64,000 bases of DNA, taken from positions 1,440,001 through 1,504,000 of the forward strand of contig OZ252299.1 of assembly GCA_965250285.1 (NCBI GenBank), written 5' to 3'. Position numbers and translations under genes: made by a program. Shown here one piece after another: positions 17,321 through 26,721 of the stretch (position 1 is its first letter; every line of letters begins with the position of its first letter). The stretch is from Myxococcota bacterium (GTDB lineage: Bacteria > Myxococcota_A > UBA9160 > UBA4427). The notes beneath the pieces are model-generated. The model searched no databases. It saw only the letters and a program-made list of their open reading frames with translations, and was not told the DNA's origin.

Positions 17321-18044
17321 CGGGCGCTCTCCGGGAGATCGGGAGGGGACGTGGGCTGCGCACGTTAGCGGCATCGAGTCTCGCACGCACCGAGCCACGG
17401 CGAACCGGACGCCGAGGCGAGCAGCTGGGGCCTGCTCCCCATGGAAGTGACACGACCGGCCGGGCGCTGACCGGGTCCATGGTCGGGTCGCGATTCTGTC
17501 TGCTGGCGGCGAGGCCGGAGGGCGTGAGAGCGCGTGCTCTCGGCGATTCATGTCCCGCGCATCCCGGGATCGTGATCGCCTGCTCTGGACGGTCGGCTTT
17601 GCCGCAAGCCAAACGCCCGGGCTCGAGTGGCTGCAGGGACTCCACTCGACGTTCGGGCGCCCGCTAGCTTTAACCCATCGAGTCAGGTGCTGTCGAGCAC
17701 CACGTGTGGATTTCGTCGCAGTTCGATGTCGTTGGCCATGGTTCGAACGCTCGTTGGTCATCCCGGCGCGACGCGTACCCCGAGGCGGGCGCGTCGGCTC
17801 GCTCCGGCGGGGTGACCTCGAGTCGTGCGATGTGGTCGCTGAACACGGGACGCCGCGTCCCTCCATCGGCGACGCGCAGCATCGACGGTCATGGGCGGCT
17901 GCCTGCGCTTGTGCGTGGAGCTTCACCCCCAGCTCGGTCCGGCATGGTTCGCGACGCGGTGCGGCAGACCAACGGAAGCGTACGTGGGGGCCGTCCCCGC
18001 ACGTGCGACGTCCACCGTGCGCGGCCCGTGTGTATGCTGCGCGC

Positions 18045-19736
18045 ATGACGAACCGCCGCGGTCAGCTCTCGTTGGCGATGCTCGTCCTGTCGAGTGCCAC
18101 GATGATCGCGATGTCGGGGGCGCGGCTCGTCGCCGATGCTTCGTTCTGGGGGGACGAGGCCGCCATCGCGTACAACGTGATCTCGATGCGCCCCAGCGAG
18201 CTCATGGGCGCGCTCGACACCGGCCATCAATTTCCGCGTCTCTACCTGGGGCTGATCAACCAGCTGCGCTTGGCCGTGGGCTACGAGACGATCGTGATGC
18301 GGACGCTGCCGTTCGTGTTCTTCGTCGCCGGGGTCGTGCTCTGGCACCGACTGCTGTGGCTGCGCTTTCGGTCGAACCCGGGGCTCATCGCCCTCGGGTG
18401 CCTGCTCACCCTCGTGCCGGGCGATTGGTTCGCCTATGGCGCGATGTTCAAGCAGTACAGCCTCGACGTGCTCGTCGCACTGCTGCCCTTCCTGATCGCC
18501 GATTCGACCCTCGATCGCATGTGGCGTGACGGCGAGGGGCGCGGGCGCATCGCCTTGCAGGTGCTGCCCTGTCTCGTCTCGCTCAGCTACGGCATTGCGC
18601 TCCTCGGGCGCTGGGTCGGTTACGGGCTCGGATCGGCCCGCCGCCAGGGCGTACCGCCGACCGGGACCTGGGTGGGGCTCGCCGCGGGGCTCTCGGGTGC
18701 CATGGCGCTCAGCTATGGCATCGATCTGCGCCACGCCTTCGAGAACCGCATCGCCTTCGACTTCTGGGGCGCGCGCGGTTGCCTCGCCAGCGGCGATCCG
18801 GTCGCCGACGTCACGCTGATCGGCCGTTGGCTCGTCGACTGGTTCGTCGGCAAGAACCCGTTCGGCGGTCGCCTGCCCGTGCTCCCCGCAGTCGCGACCG
18901 GCTTGCTCGTCGCGGCGGGCGCCGGGGCCCTGCGCGTGATCGGCGAGCGGGTGCGACCGGGGGTTGGACCGGGCCCCGACCTCGAGGACGCCCGCGCCAC
19001 GTCGACGCCCCCTGGCGCTGTGGCGACGCCCCCTGGCGCTGCAGCGACGCCCCCTGGTGTCGCGTCGACGCTCCCTGGTGTCGCGGAGCGCGCCGCGTGG
19101 GGCACCCGATCGCTCTCCGCGGCCGCGACCGTGGGGGGCCTCTTCGCGGCGGGCCTGCTCCTTTCCTACCCGCTCTGCGCCAACCGACTCACGCTGTTTG
19201 CCTTCTTCTCTCTACTGCTGGTGACGCTCGAGGGGGTCGCGTGGGCGGGGGAGAGCCTCGCGCGGCGCGGTCGCGGCGCGTGGGCCGAGGCGATCCCGCT
19301 GATGATCGCGCTCGCAGTGGGCCCGAGCGCGGCGGCCACGGTCGAGGCGCTCCTGACGCAGGACGCGCCCGAGAATCTGCGTCCGCTGTTGGCGCAGATG
19401 GCGCGCGCGCCGCAACGAACGGTGGTCGTGGGCTACTGCAGCGCGCCGCAGGCATTGACGCTGCCCGAGTGGATCGAGCGCGACGACATCGTCTATGCCC
19501 ACGATCGCATGGCGGAGGGTCGTTTCCCCATCCCGGTCGACCAGGACGTCTGGCTCGTGACGACCGGCGGCGGTGAAGTCTGTCGCGCCTGGACGCAGCG
19601 CGTTCGCGAGCGGGCGACCCGTTTCGACGCGGTGACGCCAGCGGGCCGGGGCGCGATGCTGTTCAGCGTGCGTGTCGACGCTGCGGCCTCGAGCGGGGGC
19701 GCAACGCCGCAACCGGGCGTCGCGCGGCGCGACTAG
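18045..19736 (+). CDS. Polytopic membrane glycosyltransferase, GT-C fold (PMT_2/ArnT/GT39-like)
   Basis: SFWGDE after the first TM, HQFPRLY, MRTLPF and FKQYSLD motifs, multiple TMs and a soluble C-terminal domain; start re-picked at ATG 18045. Confidence 0.72.
   Translation: MTNRRGQLSLAMLVLSSATMIAMSGARLVADASFWGDEAAIAYNVISMRPSELMGALDTGHQFPRLYLGLINQLRLAVGYETIVMRTLPFVFFVAGVVLWHRLLWLRFRSNPGLIALGCLLTLVPGDWFAYGAMFKQYSLDVLVALLPFLIADSTLDRMWRDGEGRGRIALQVLPCLVSLSYGIALLGRWVGYGLGSARRQGVPPTGTWVGLAAGLSGAMALSYGIDLRHAFENRIAFDFWGARGCLASGDPVADVTLIGRWLVDWFVGKNPFGGRLPVLPAVATGLLVAAGAGALRVIGERVRPGVGPGPDLEDARATSTPPGAVATPPGAAATPPGVASTLPGVAERAAWGTRSLSAAATVGGLFAAGLLLSYPLCANRLTLFAFFSLLLVTLEGVAWAGESLARRGRGAWAEAIPLMIALAVGPSAAATVEALLTQDAPENLRPLLAQMARAPQRTVVVGYCSAPQALTLPEWIERDDIVYAHDRMAEGRFPIPVDQDVWLVTTGGGEVCRAWTQRVRERATRFDAVTPAGRGAMLFSVRVDAAASSGGATPQPGVARRD
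19002..19085 (+). repeat. In-frame 21-bp tandem repeat x4 (STPPGAV/ATPPGAA/ATPPGVA/STLPGVA)
   Basis: Direct reading of repeated CGACGCCCCCTGG units. Confidence 0.9.
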
Positions 19737-20791
19737 CCGTCGCCGAAGCCCAGCTGGCGCGGGTCGAGCTCGTTGATGAAGGGCGCCCCGCGAAGCCAAC
19801 GCCCCACGTTCTCGTGCACGATCTCGAACACGTCGTCCATGTAGCGATCGACCGAGGGCGCCGAGTGCGCCGTCAAGAGAACGCGGGGGTGCGTCCAGAA
19901 GCGGCTCTCCTGTGGCAGGGGCTCGGTCTCGAAGACATCGAGGGCCGCCCACTCGATCTGGCCGGCGTCGAGGGCCGCGAGCAGCGCCGCCTCGTCGACG
20001 AGGCTGCCACGTGCGACGTTGACGATCATCGCACCGGGCTTGATGGCCGCGAGCGCCTTCGCATCGATCAGATGCCGCGTCTCGGGCGTGGCCGGCGCGG
20101 CGATGACCACGACATCGCACTCGCCCAGCATGGCGTGCATCTCGGTGGCGGGATACAGCGCGTCGGTGGCGGGCGAAGTATCCCCCGGCTTCGCGGAGCG
20201 CTTGCTGCCGAGCACACGCGCGCCGAGGGCGCGCGCGCGCTCGGCCACCGCGACGCCGATGTGGCCGAGGCCGACGATGCCGACCACCGAGCCCGAGAAG
20301 GTGCGCCCGTAGGTCTGCTTCCAAAGCCCGTCGCGCTGCAGCGCATCGCTCTCGGGGAAGCGCTTCCAGACCTGCAGAATGCGTGCGATCACGAACTCGG
20401 AGATGCTCTTGGCGCCGATGCCCGACGCGTTCGTGAGTCGCACACCGTCGGCCGCGACGCCGGCCTTTGCGAACTGCTCGACGCCGGCGCCGATGCTCTG
20501 CACCCAGCGCAGGTTCGGCATGCGCCGCGGCAGATCATCGGGCGTCTGCAGCGCGACCAGTGCGTCGCTTCGGGCGAGGATCTCGCGCCGCGCCGCAGCG
20601 CAGCCCTCGCCCCAGGGCGGCGGTTCGGGGTAGGGCTCAATGGCTGGGCCAACCAGGAACGCGCCCCCGGTGTCGCTCGGGAGCGCCAGCGGCTCGAGTC
20701 GCGGGTCGAGCGCCCGCAGGGCCTCGAGTCGCTCGGGCTCGGCGAGCGGGGGCACGGCGATGCAGAGCACGAAGCTGTCGGGGTCGGGCAT
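19733..20791 (-). CDS. D-2-hydroxyacid dehydrogenase family protein
   Basis: GLGHIG, VNVARG, ALDVFETEPLP and TAHSA motifs; start after GGAG. Confidence 0.95.
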   Translation of the reverse strand: MPDPDSFVLCIAVPPLAEPERLEALRALDPRLEPLALPSDTGGAFLVGPAIEPYPEPPPWGEGCAAARREILARSDALVALQTPDDLPRRMPNLRWVQSIGAGVEQFAKAGVAADGVRLTNASGIGAKSISEFVIARILQVWKRFPESDALQRDGLWKQTYGRTFSGSVVGIVGLGHIGVAVAERARALGARVLGSKRSAKPGDTSPATDALYPATEMHAMLGECDVVVIAAPATPETRHLIDAKALAAIKPGAMIVNVARGSLVDEAALLAALDAGQIEWAALDVFETEPLPQESRFWTHPRVLLTAHSAPSVDRYMDDVFEIVHENVGRWLRGAPFINELDPRQLGFGDG

Positions 20792-21015
20792 GATGTTCTC
20801 CATCCGGTCGGGTTCGGTCGCGAGCCCGGCAACGTTGGCACCCGCGCGGTGCGCGAGCAACGGGCCGAGCCCGACCCGGATGGCTCAGCGCGTCAGCGAT
20901 GCCGGCAGCGCGCTGGTGTGCCCGGTATCGTGCCCCTTCGCCGTGCCGATCGACTCGGCCCGCGCCGCGGGCCTGTGGCAGTCGCACGCCGAGGCATCTC
21001 AAAAGGAAGAGTCCC

Positions 21016-22356
21016 ATGCCCCGTCCGCTCGATCGTCGCGTCGACCCGAAAGCCGACTACGAGAGCCGCCTCGTCGATGCATCCGAAGCGGCCAGTCTCG
21101 TCCGATCGGGTGATCTGGTGCTGATGCCGTCGAGCCATCAGTCGCCGCAGATCCTGGCGGCCCTGGCCGCACGCGAGGACGAGCTCGAGCGCGTGACCGT
21201 GCGCAGCGTCGTGATTCCGAACATGGGCTGGTTTCGTGAGGACGCGGCCAAGGCGTGGGATCTCCAGGTGCAGTTCGCGCTGGCGCCCGACAATCGCGCG
21301 GCGCTCGGTGAGCGTCTGATCGACTTTCACCCCTTCGCGATGGTCAGTCAGCACAAGGCCACCGATCATCGTCCCGACGAGGGGCGACCGATCGACGTGC
21401 TGATCCTCGTCGTATCGCCGCCCGACGAGCATGGCTTCGTATGCATCGGCAACGCCTGCTGGGACGCGGTCACGAGCGTGGCGCGGGCCGACCGCGTGCT
21501 CGTCGAGATCTCGCCGACGACGCCGCGCACCTGCGGCGACACGACGATTCACGTGTCGCAGATCGACGCCTTCGTGATGGGCGACCGCCCGAGGCTCGGC
21601 AGTCCCGATCCCGACCGGTCGAGCTTCGGCGAGGTCGATCGCCGCATCGCCGCGAACGTCAAATCGCTCGTGCGCGACGGCGACACGATCCAGCTGGGCC
21701 TCGGCTCACACACCGGCGCGCTGCCGTTGCTCGGCGCGTTCGACGACGCGAATGACCTCGGGTTCTTCAGCGAGCTGACGGTGCCCGGCACGGTGGCGCT
21801 CGCGGAGCGCGGCATCATCACCAGCCGGCACTGCGAAGTGCACCCGGGTCGCTTCGTCGCGTCGTGCATGGGGAACAGCCTCGAAGATTTCGACACGATC
21901 GACGGCAATCCGTTCTACGAGCTGCACTCGTACGAGCACACCAATGATCCCGTCGTCATCGCGCGGCACGAGCACATGCTCACATTGAACGGGGCGCTGA
22001 TGGTCGACCTCACCGGGCAGATCGGCGTCTACGCCATGGGGCCCCACGTCTACAGCGGAACCGGCGGGCAGCTCGCGTACCATATGGGAGCAACGCTCTC
22101 GAAGCAGGGGCGCGCCGTGACCGTGATCCCGTCGACGGCCAAGGGCGGCACGATCTCGTGCATCGTGCCGAGCTTCGAAGCGGGTCAGATCGTGTCGATC
22201 CCGCGCGAGTTCGCCGACACGATCGTCACCGACCACGGCATCGCACGGCTCTTCGGCAAGAGCGTGCGCGAGCGCGCCGAGCAGCTGATCGCGGCGGCCC
22301 ATCCCGACCACCGAGATGCTCTCGAGCAGGAGGCGCGCCGCCTGTACTGGCCGTAG
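21016..22356 (+). CDS. Acetyl-CoA hydrolase / 4-hydroxybutyrate CoA-transferase family protein
   Basis: DGDTIQLGLG, FSE, VDLTGQ, SGTGGQ and VTDHGIA motifs. Confidence 0.92.
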   Translation: MPRPLDRRVDPKADYESRLVDASEAASLVRSGDLVLMPSSHQSPQILAALAAREDELERVTVRSVVIPNMGWFREDAAKAWDLQVQFALAPDNRAALGERLIDFHPFAMVSQHKATDHRPDEGRPIDVLILVVSPPDEHGFVCIGNACWDAVTSVARADRVLVEISPTTPRTCGDTTIHVSQIDAFVMGDRPRLGSPDPDRSSFGEVDRRIAANVKSLVRDGDTIQLGLGSHTGALPLLGAFDDANDLGFFSELTVPGTVALAERGIITSRHCEVHPGRFVASCMGNSLEDFDTIDGNPFYELHSYEHTNDPVVIARHEHMLTLNGALMVDLTGQIGVYAMGPHVYSGTGGQLAYHMGATLSKQGRAVTVIPSTAKGGTISCIVPSFEAGQIVSIPREFADTIVTDHGIARLFGKSVRERAEQLIAAAHPDHRDALEQEARRLYWP

Positions 22357-22368
22357 GCCGGAACCGGC

Positions 22369-23505
22369 TCAGATGACGAATGCGAAGGCGTCGCGAAAGA
22401 CCTCGCGCGCGTCTCGCTCGACGAGCTTGCCGTGCGCGAGCACGATGCGTTCGAACTTCCACGCATGGATCGGCTCGAGGGATCGCGCCAGGGCTTCTCG
22501 ATCGACGCCGAGCTTGAAGTCGGTCGGCGGCGTCGGGCGCTGACTCATCTGCGCCAGATCCATCAGCAGCCGCGCGGATCGGGACAGTGCCTGCTCGGGA
22601 TGCCCGAGATTGATGAGCATGTCCGCGAGCACGAGCGTCGCCGAGCGGGGGTGGTAGACGGCGAGCTCCCCGTGCATCGGGTGGCCCTCGAAGGGCGCGA
22701 TCTCGACGTCGTGCGCGTCGAAGCCGAGCTGCTCGGGCTCGGCCGGCCACTCGAGAGCCGGTGCGAGATCGGGGCGTCGCGCCAGCAGGCCCGGGCCGGC
22801 GAGCAGCGCCGCGTCGGGGAACGCCTCGCGCCATGGGGACGCCCAGAGATGATGGAAAGGGTTCGGCGCGACGATGCATCGCGGCTCGCCGAGCTGCCGC
22901 ACCGACGCCTCGAGCGCGGGGTCGAGCGCGACCGGAGAGTGCAGCAGGAGCCCGCCGTCGCTGAGCCGAAGCACGGTCATGCGCGTCCCGAATTCGACGC
23001 CATAGAAGGTGAGCGGGCGTTCGACGAGCCACACCTCGTCCTTCACGTACTCGAAGAGCGGTGCGTCTTCGGCCGGCGGGCGGCTCGGCCGCGCCGCCCC
23101 GTTCGGGAGGGTGTCTTCTTCGCACTGCGGCCGACGCGGCGGCGGCAGGGTGCGCGCGACGGCGGCCGCGATGGCGATCGCGAGGGCCGAGATCGCTCCG
23201 AGCACCAGCACACCGAGCCACAGCAGTGCGCCGACGAAGGCGCCCGGGGTCGAAGTCGCGAGCAACAGGCCACACGCGATGGCCAGCACGAGCGGGGGCA
23301 GCAGCCACGGCAGCCAGACCCGGAACGTGCCCGGCGCAGCCTTGCCGATCCGCCGAGCGCCGGCGGGGCGTCCGTGCAGCAGCCACGCGAAGGCATGGCT
23401 CAAGACGTGGCCGACCACCGGCTGGTCGGTCAGCTCGGGCACCCGGTTGTCGGCGCTCGGCAGAGCGACGCCGGGCTTCGGACGGTCGGACGGATCGCGG
23501 CGCAT
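22369..23505 (-). CDS. DUF4336-domain (metallo-beta-lactamase-like) protein with N-terminal TM segments
   Basis: GTRMTVLRLSDGGLLLHSPV, IVAPNPFHHL and IVLAHG; two hydrophobic helices upstream; start uncertain. Confidence 0.8.
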   Translation of the reverse strand: MRRDPSDRPKPGVALPSADNRVPELTDQPVVGHVLSHAFAWLLHGRPAGARRIGKAAPGTFRVWLPWLLPPLVLAIACGLLLATSTPGAFVGALLWLGVLVLGAISALAIAIAAAVARTLPPPRRPQCEEDTLPNGAARPSRPPAEDAPLFEYVKDEVWLVERPLTFYGVEFGTRMTVLRLSDGGLLLHSPVALDPALEASVRQLGEPRCIVAPNPFHHLWASPWREAFPDAALLAGPGLLARRPDLAPALEWPAEPEQLGFDAHDVEIAPFEGHPMHGELAVYHPRSATLVLADMLINLGHPEQALSRSARLLMDLAQMSQRPTPPTDFKLGVDREALARSLEPIHAWKFERIVLAHGKLVERDAREVFRDAFAFVI

Positions 23506-23740
23506 CGCTTCGATCGCTCCCGCATCGGTGAGGCTCGGGACACCTTGGCCGACGACTGCAGGCCGGTCAACGCAGAACGGCGACACAAGATGCGGCCGCG
23601 CAATTCGTTGCACCCCGGGGCGAGGGCGGCGTGTGGGTCGTCACACGGCGCGTGGGGTTCGGCGTCGATGCACGCCCGAGGGAAGACCCGCGTCGATTCG
23701 GGCGCGTCATCGTCGTGAGGGAGCTGCGTTGGGTCATTGG

Positions 23741-24457
23741 ATGCAGGTACAGGAAGACCGCCGAAGACAGCTCTTCACCGAAGCGAATCGAGCCCGCTCG
23801 AAGGGGCGCGTGCAACGCGCGATCGGGATGTTCCGCGAGCTGCTCTGCGAGGATCCGGGCGATCTCGATGTTCTGCTCCGACTGGCGCCGCTGCTCGCGC
23901 GAGAAGGCGAGGGCTTCGAGGCCTGGTCTCTCTATCGGCGCGCCTGCAAGTCGCTGCTGAGCGCCGGCCGTCATGAGGCCTGTCTGGCGGCGTTTCGGGA
24001 AGCGAACCGGGTGCTGCCCTTCGAGTTCGAAGGCTGGCGACTGACGTCGGAGCTCGAGCGCAAACTCGGCCGAGACCGCGAGGCATTCGAGACCCTGCTC
24101 GAAGGACGTCGCCAGTTCAGGACCCGATTCGTGCGCGCCCAGGCGATCGCGCTGCTCGAGCTCGCGCGTGAGATCCACGCGTGGGATCACGACGTCGTGC
24201 TCGACCTCGCGCGGCTCTACGTGCAGACCGGGCAGATCGCCCAGGCCCTGCGGCTGCTCGACGGCGCACTCGCGCAGGCGACGCCGACGCAGATGGCGGA
24301 CGTCCGCTGGGCGCAGCTGCAGGCGACGCGCTCCCCCCGCTACTTCTGGCTGTGGCTTCGGCACGCGATCCACCGGGGCGCGGCGCGCGACGCGGGCGAT
24401 GAGTCGAACCTGGCGAACCCGTCGGCGGATCCACCGGTCCTCGCGCGCGTGCCCTGA
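23741..24457 (+). CDS. TPR-like helical repeat protein
   Basis: Repeated A-x-x-x-F/Y and LA..Y...G....A helical patterns; start re-picked. Confidence 0.65.
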   Translation: MQVQEDRRRQLFTEANRARSKGRVQRAIGMFRELLCEDPGDLDVLLRLAPLLAREGEGFEAWSLYRRACKSLLSAGRHEACLAAFREANRVLPFEFEGWRLTSELERKLGRDREAFETLLEGRRQFRTRFVRAQAIALLELAREIHAWDHDVVLDLARLYVQTGQIAQALRLLDGALAQATPTQMADVRWAQLQATRSPRYFWLWLRHAIHRGAARDAGDESNLANPSADPPVLARVP

Positions 24458-24508
24458 CTCGGCCGGGGCGTTCATCTTCCTTTGCGATCGGTCAATCGTC
24501 GACGTGCG

Positions 24509-24568
24509 CGGCGCCGATCCGGTAGGGCCGGCGCCGATCCGGTCGGGCGGGCGGCGACCGGGCCGGCG
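24509..24568. repeat. 20-bp tandem repeat (2 copies plus a degenerate third) upstream of the PQQ dehydrogenase
   Basis: GCGCCGATCCGGTAGGGCCG at 24511-24530 and GCGCCGATCCGGTCGGGCGG at 24531-24550. Confidence 0.7.
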
Positions 24569-24582
24569 ACTATCCTGTTCGC

Positions 24583-26625
24583 ATGCACGGAGTCGATCGC
24601 CGCCCTCCGCGCCGCGCGCGCTCGCTCGGCCTTTTAGGCGGTCTGCTTGTGGCCGCACTCGCTTCGCTCTGGGTCGCCTGCGGCGACGGCCCGCCCGCCG
24701 CTGCGACCCGCGGCGGCGTGCTCGCGCCGCCGGCCGGCTGGAGAACAGTCGGCGGTGACCCCGGCGGCCGACGCTACTCGCCGCTCGACGATGTCACACC
24801 CGACAACGTGCACCGCCTCGAGCGGATCTGGACCGCGCGCATCGGTCGTCCGACGATCGACGGCGCGCTCGAGGGCAAGACCGCGCTGCAGACGACTCCG
24901 ATCCTGCACGGGGATCGCCTCTTCCTTTGTACGCCCGACAATCGGATCCTCGCGCTCGACGCGGCGACCGGCGATGAGATCTGGCGCTTTTCCGCCGATC
25001 CGGTGTTCGAGAGCGGCTGGACCGCGACGTGCCGCGGCGTGGCCCTGTGGGAGGGGGCGGCGGCGCCGGCCGCGCGACGCTGTCGCACGCGCGTCTTCAT
25101 GGGAACGATCGACGCGCGCCTCGTGGCCGTCGACGCCGAGACCGGTGCAGCCTGCGACGACTTCGGTGAGGGCGGCGCAATCTCACTGTTGACGGGGCTC
25201 GGTGACGTTTTGCCGGGCGAGTACTACATGACGTCGGCGCCGACGGTGGCGGGCGACGTCGTCATCACCGGGGCGCTGGTCGCCGACAACCGGCGCGTCG
25301 ATCCACCGGGCGGCGTGGTGCGCGCATTCGATGTGCAGACCGGGGCGCTCGTCTGGGCCTTCGACCCCGTGCCGCCGGGAACGCCGCCGCTGCCGGCGGG
25401 TGAAGCGGGCGAGCCGAGCTTTCACCGCGGCACGCCCAACGTCTGGTCGATGCCTTCGGTCGACGTCGAGCGCGAGCTCGTCTTCTTGCCGTTCGGCAAC
25501 CCGAGCCCCGACTTCTACGGCGGTTTGCGGCAGGGCTTCGATCACTACGGCAGCTCGGTCGTCGCGCTCGACGCGCGCAGCGGCGACGTGGTCTGGCACT
25601 TTCAGACCGTGCACCACGATCTGTGGGACTACGACGTTTCGTCGCAGCCCATGTTGATCGACGTTCCGGTCGACGGCACCCGCCGACCCGCGGTGGTGCA
25701 GCTCACGAAGATGGGCCACGTCTTCGTCCTCGATCGCGAGACCGGCGTGCCGTTGTTCGCGGTCGAGGAACGTCCGGTGCCCCAGACCGACGTGCCCGGT
25801 GAGACGACGTCGCCGACGCAGCCCTTTCCGACGCATCCGCCGCCGCTGCATCCCGAGCCACTGACGGCCGACGATCTGTTCGGCTTCACGCCCTTCGATC
25901 GGGCCGGTTGCCGGGCGCGGCTCGCGTCGCTGCGCAACGAGGGCATCTTCACGCCGCCGAGTATCGCGGGCAGCGTGCTGTACCCGGGCACGGCGGGTGG
26001 CAACAATTGGGGCGGTGGGGCGTGGGACCCCGAGCGCGGACTGCTGGTGGTCACGCAGAATCGGATCGGTCAGTCGATCCGATTGATCCCCCGCGAAGAG
26101 GCGCCCTCGAAGAAGGATCGCCAGGGCGTCGGGCTGCAAGAGGGCGCGCCGTTCGCGGCGAAGAGTGAGGTGCTCATGTCGCCCTTCGGCGCGCCGTGCT
26201 CGCCGCTGCCGTGGGGATCGATTCTCGCCGTCGACCTCGAGGCGGGTGAGGTCGTGTGGGAGCGGCCCTTCGGAACGACCCGCGACATGACGCCGCTGCC
26301 CGTCGGGCTCGAGGTCGGGCTCCCGAGCATGGGTGGGCCGATCGTGACCGCAGGTGGGGTGGTGTTCATCGGCGCCGCAATGGACGACTACCTGCGCGGC
26401 TACGACGTCGAGACCGGTGAGGAGGTCTGGCGCGAACGATTGCCTGCCGGCGCCCAGGCGACGCCGATGACGTACCGGCTCGAGCCCGGCGGGCTGCAGA
26501 TGCTCGTGATCGCGGCGGGCGGGCACGCCACCATGGGCACGACGCTCGGCGACCATGTCATCGCGTGGGCGCTGCCTGAAGACGCAGTCGAGGCGGCTGG
26601 GGTTGCTCCGGGACAGGCCCCGTGA
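24583..26625 (+). CDS. PQQ-dependent dehydrogenase (glucose/quinate/shikimate family), probable lipoprotein
   Basis: RYSPL, TCRGV, WHFQTVHHDLWDYD, TKMG and QATPMTY motifs; N-terminal LWVAC lipobox-like. Confidence 0.93.
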   Translation: MHGVDRRPPRRARSLGLLGGLLVAALASLWVACGDGPPAAATRGGVLAPPAGWRTVGGDPGGRRYSPLDDVTPDNVHRLERIWTARIGRPTIDGALEGKTALQTTPILHGDRLFLCTPDNRILALDAATGDEIWRFSADPVFESGWTATCRGVALWEGAAAPAARRCRTRVFMGTIDARLVAVDAETGAACDDFGEGGAISLLTGLGDVLPGEYYMTSAPTVAGDVVITGALVADNRRVDPPGGVVRAFDVQTGALVWAFDPVPPGTPPLPAGEAGEPSFHRGTPNVWSMPSVDVERELVFLPFGNPSPDFYGGLRQGFDHYGSSVVALDARSGDVVWHFQTVHHDLWDYDVSSQPMLIDVPVDGTRRPAVVQLTKMGHVFVLDRETGVPLFAVEERPVPQTDVPGETTSPTQPFPTHPPPLHPEPLTADDLFGFTPFDRAGCRARLASLRNEGIFTPPSIAGSVLYPGTAGGNNWGGGAWDPERGLLVVTQNRIGQSIRLIPREEAPSKKDRQGVGLQEGAPFAAKSEVLMSPFGAPCSPLPWGSILAVDLEAGEVVWERPFGTTRDMTPLPVGLEVGLPSMGGPIVTAGGVVFIGAAMDDYLRGYDVETGEEVWRERLPAGAQATPMTYRLEPGGLQMLVIAAGGHATMGTTLGDHVIAWALPEDAVEAAGVAPGQAP

Positions 26626-26721
26626 GAATCGAGTCGCAACGACCAGGGGCGTGGTCGGGTGGTGTTCGGGGGCCGATGGAGGCGCGGCGAGCTCGGCGCC
26701 GCCGCTAGAATGCGCTTTGTG

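Noticed and set aside
17321..18046. Long N-terminal extensions of ORFs 16310..18046 (-) and 17550..19736 (+)
   Set aside because: They overlap each other and are low-complexity. Signal peptide/RBS (17320) and first-TM position (18045) support later starts.
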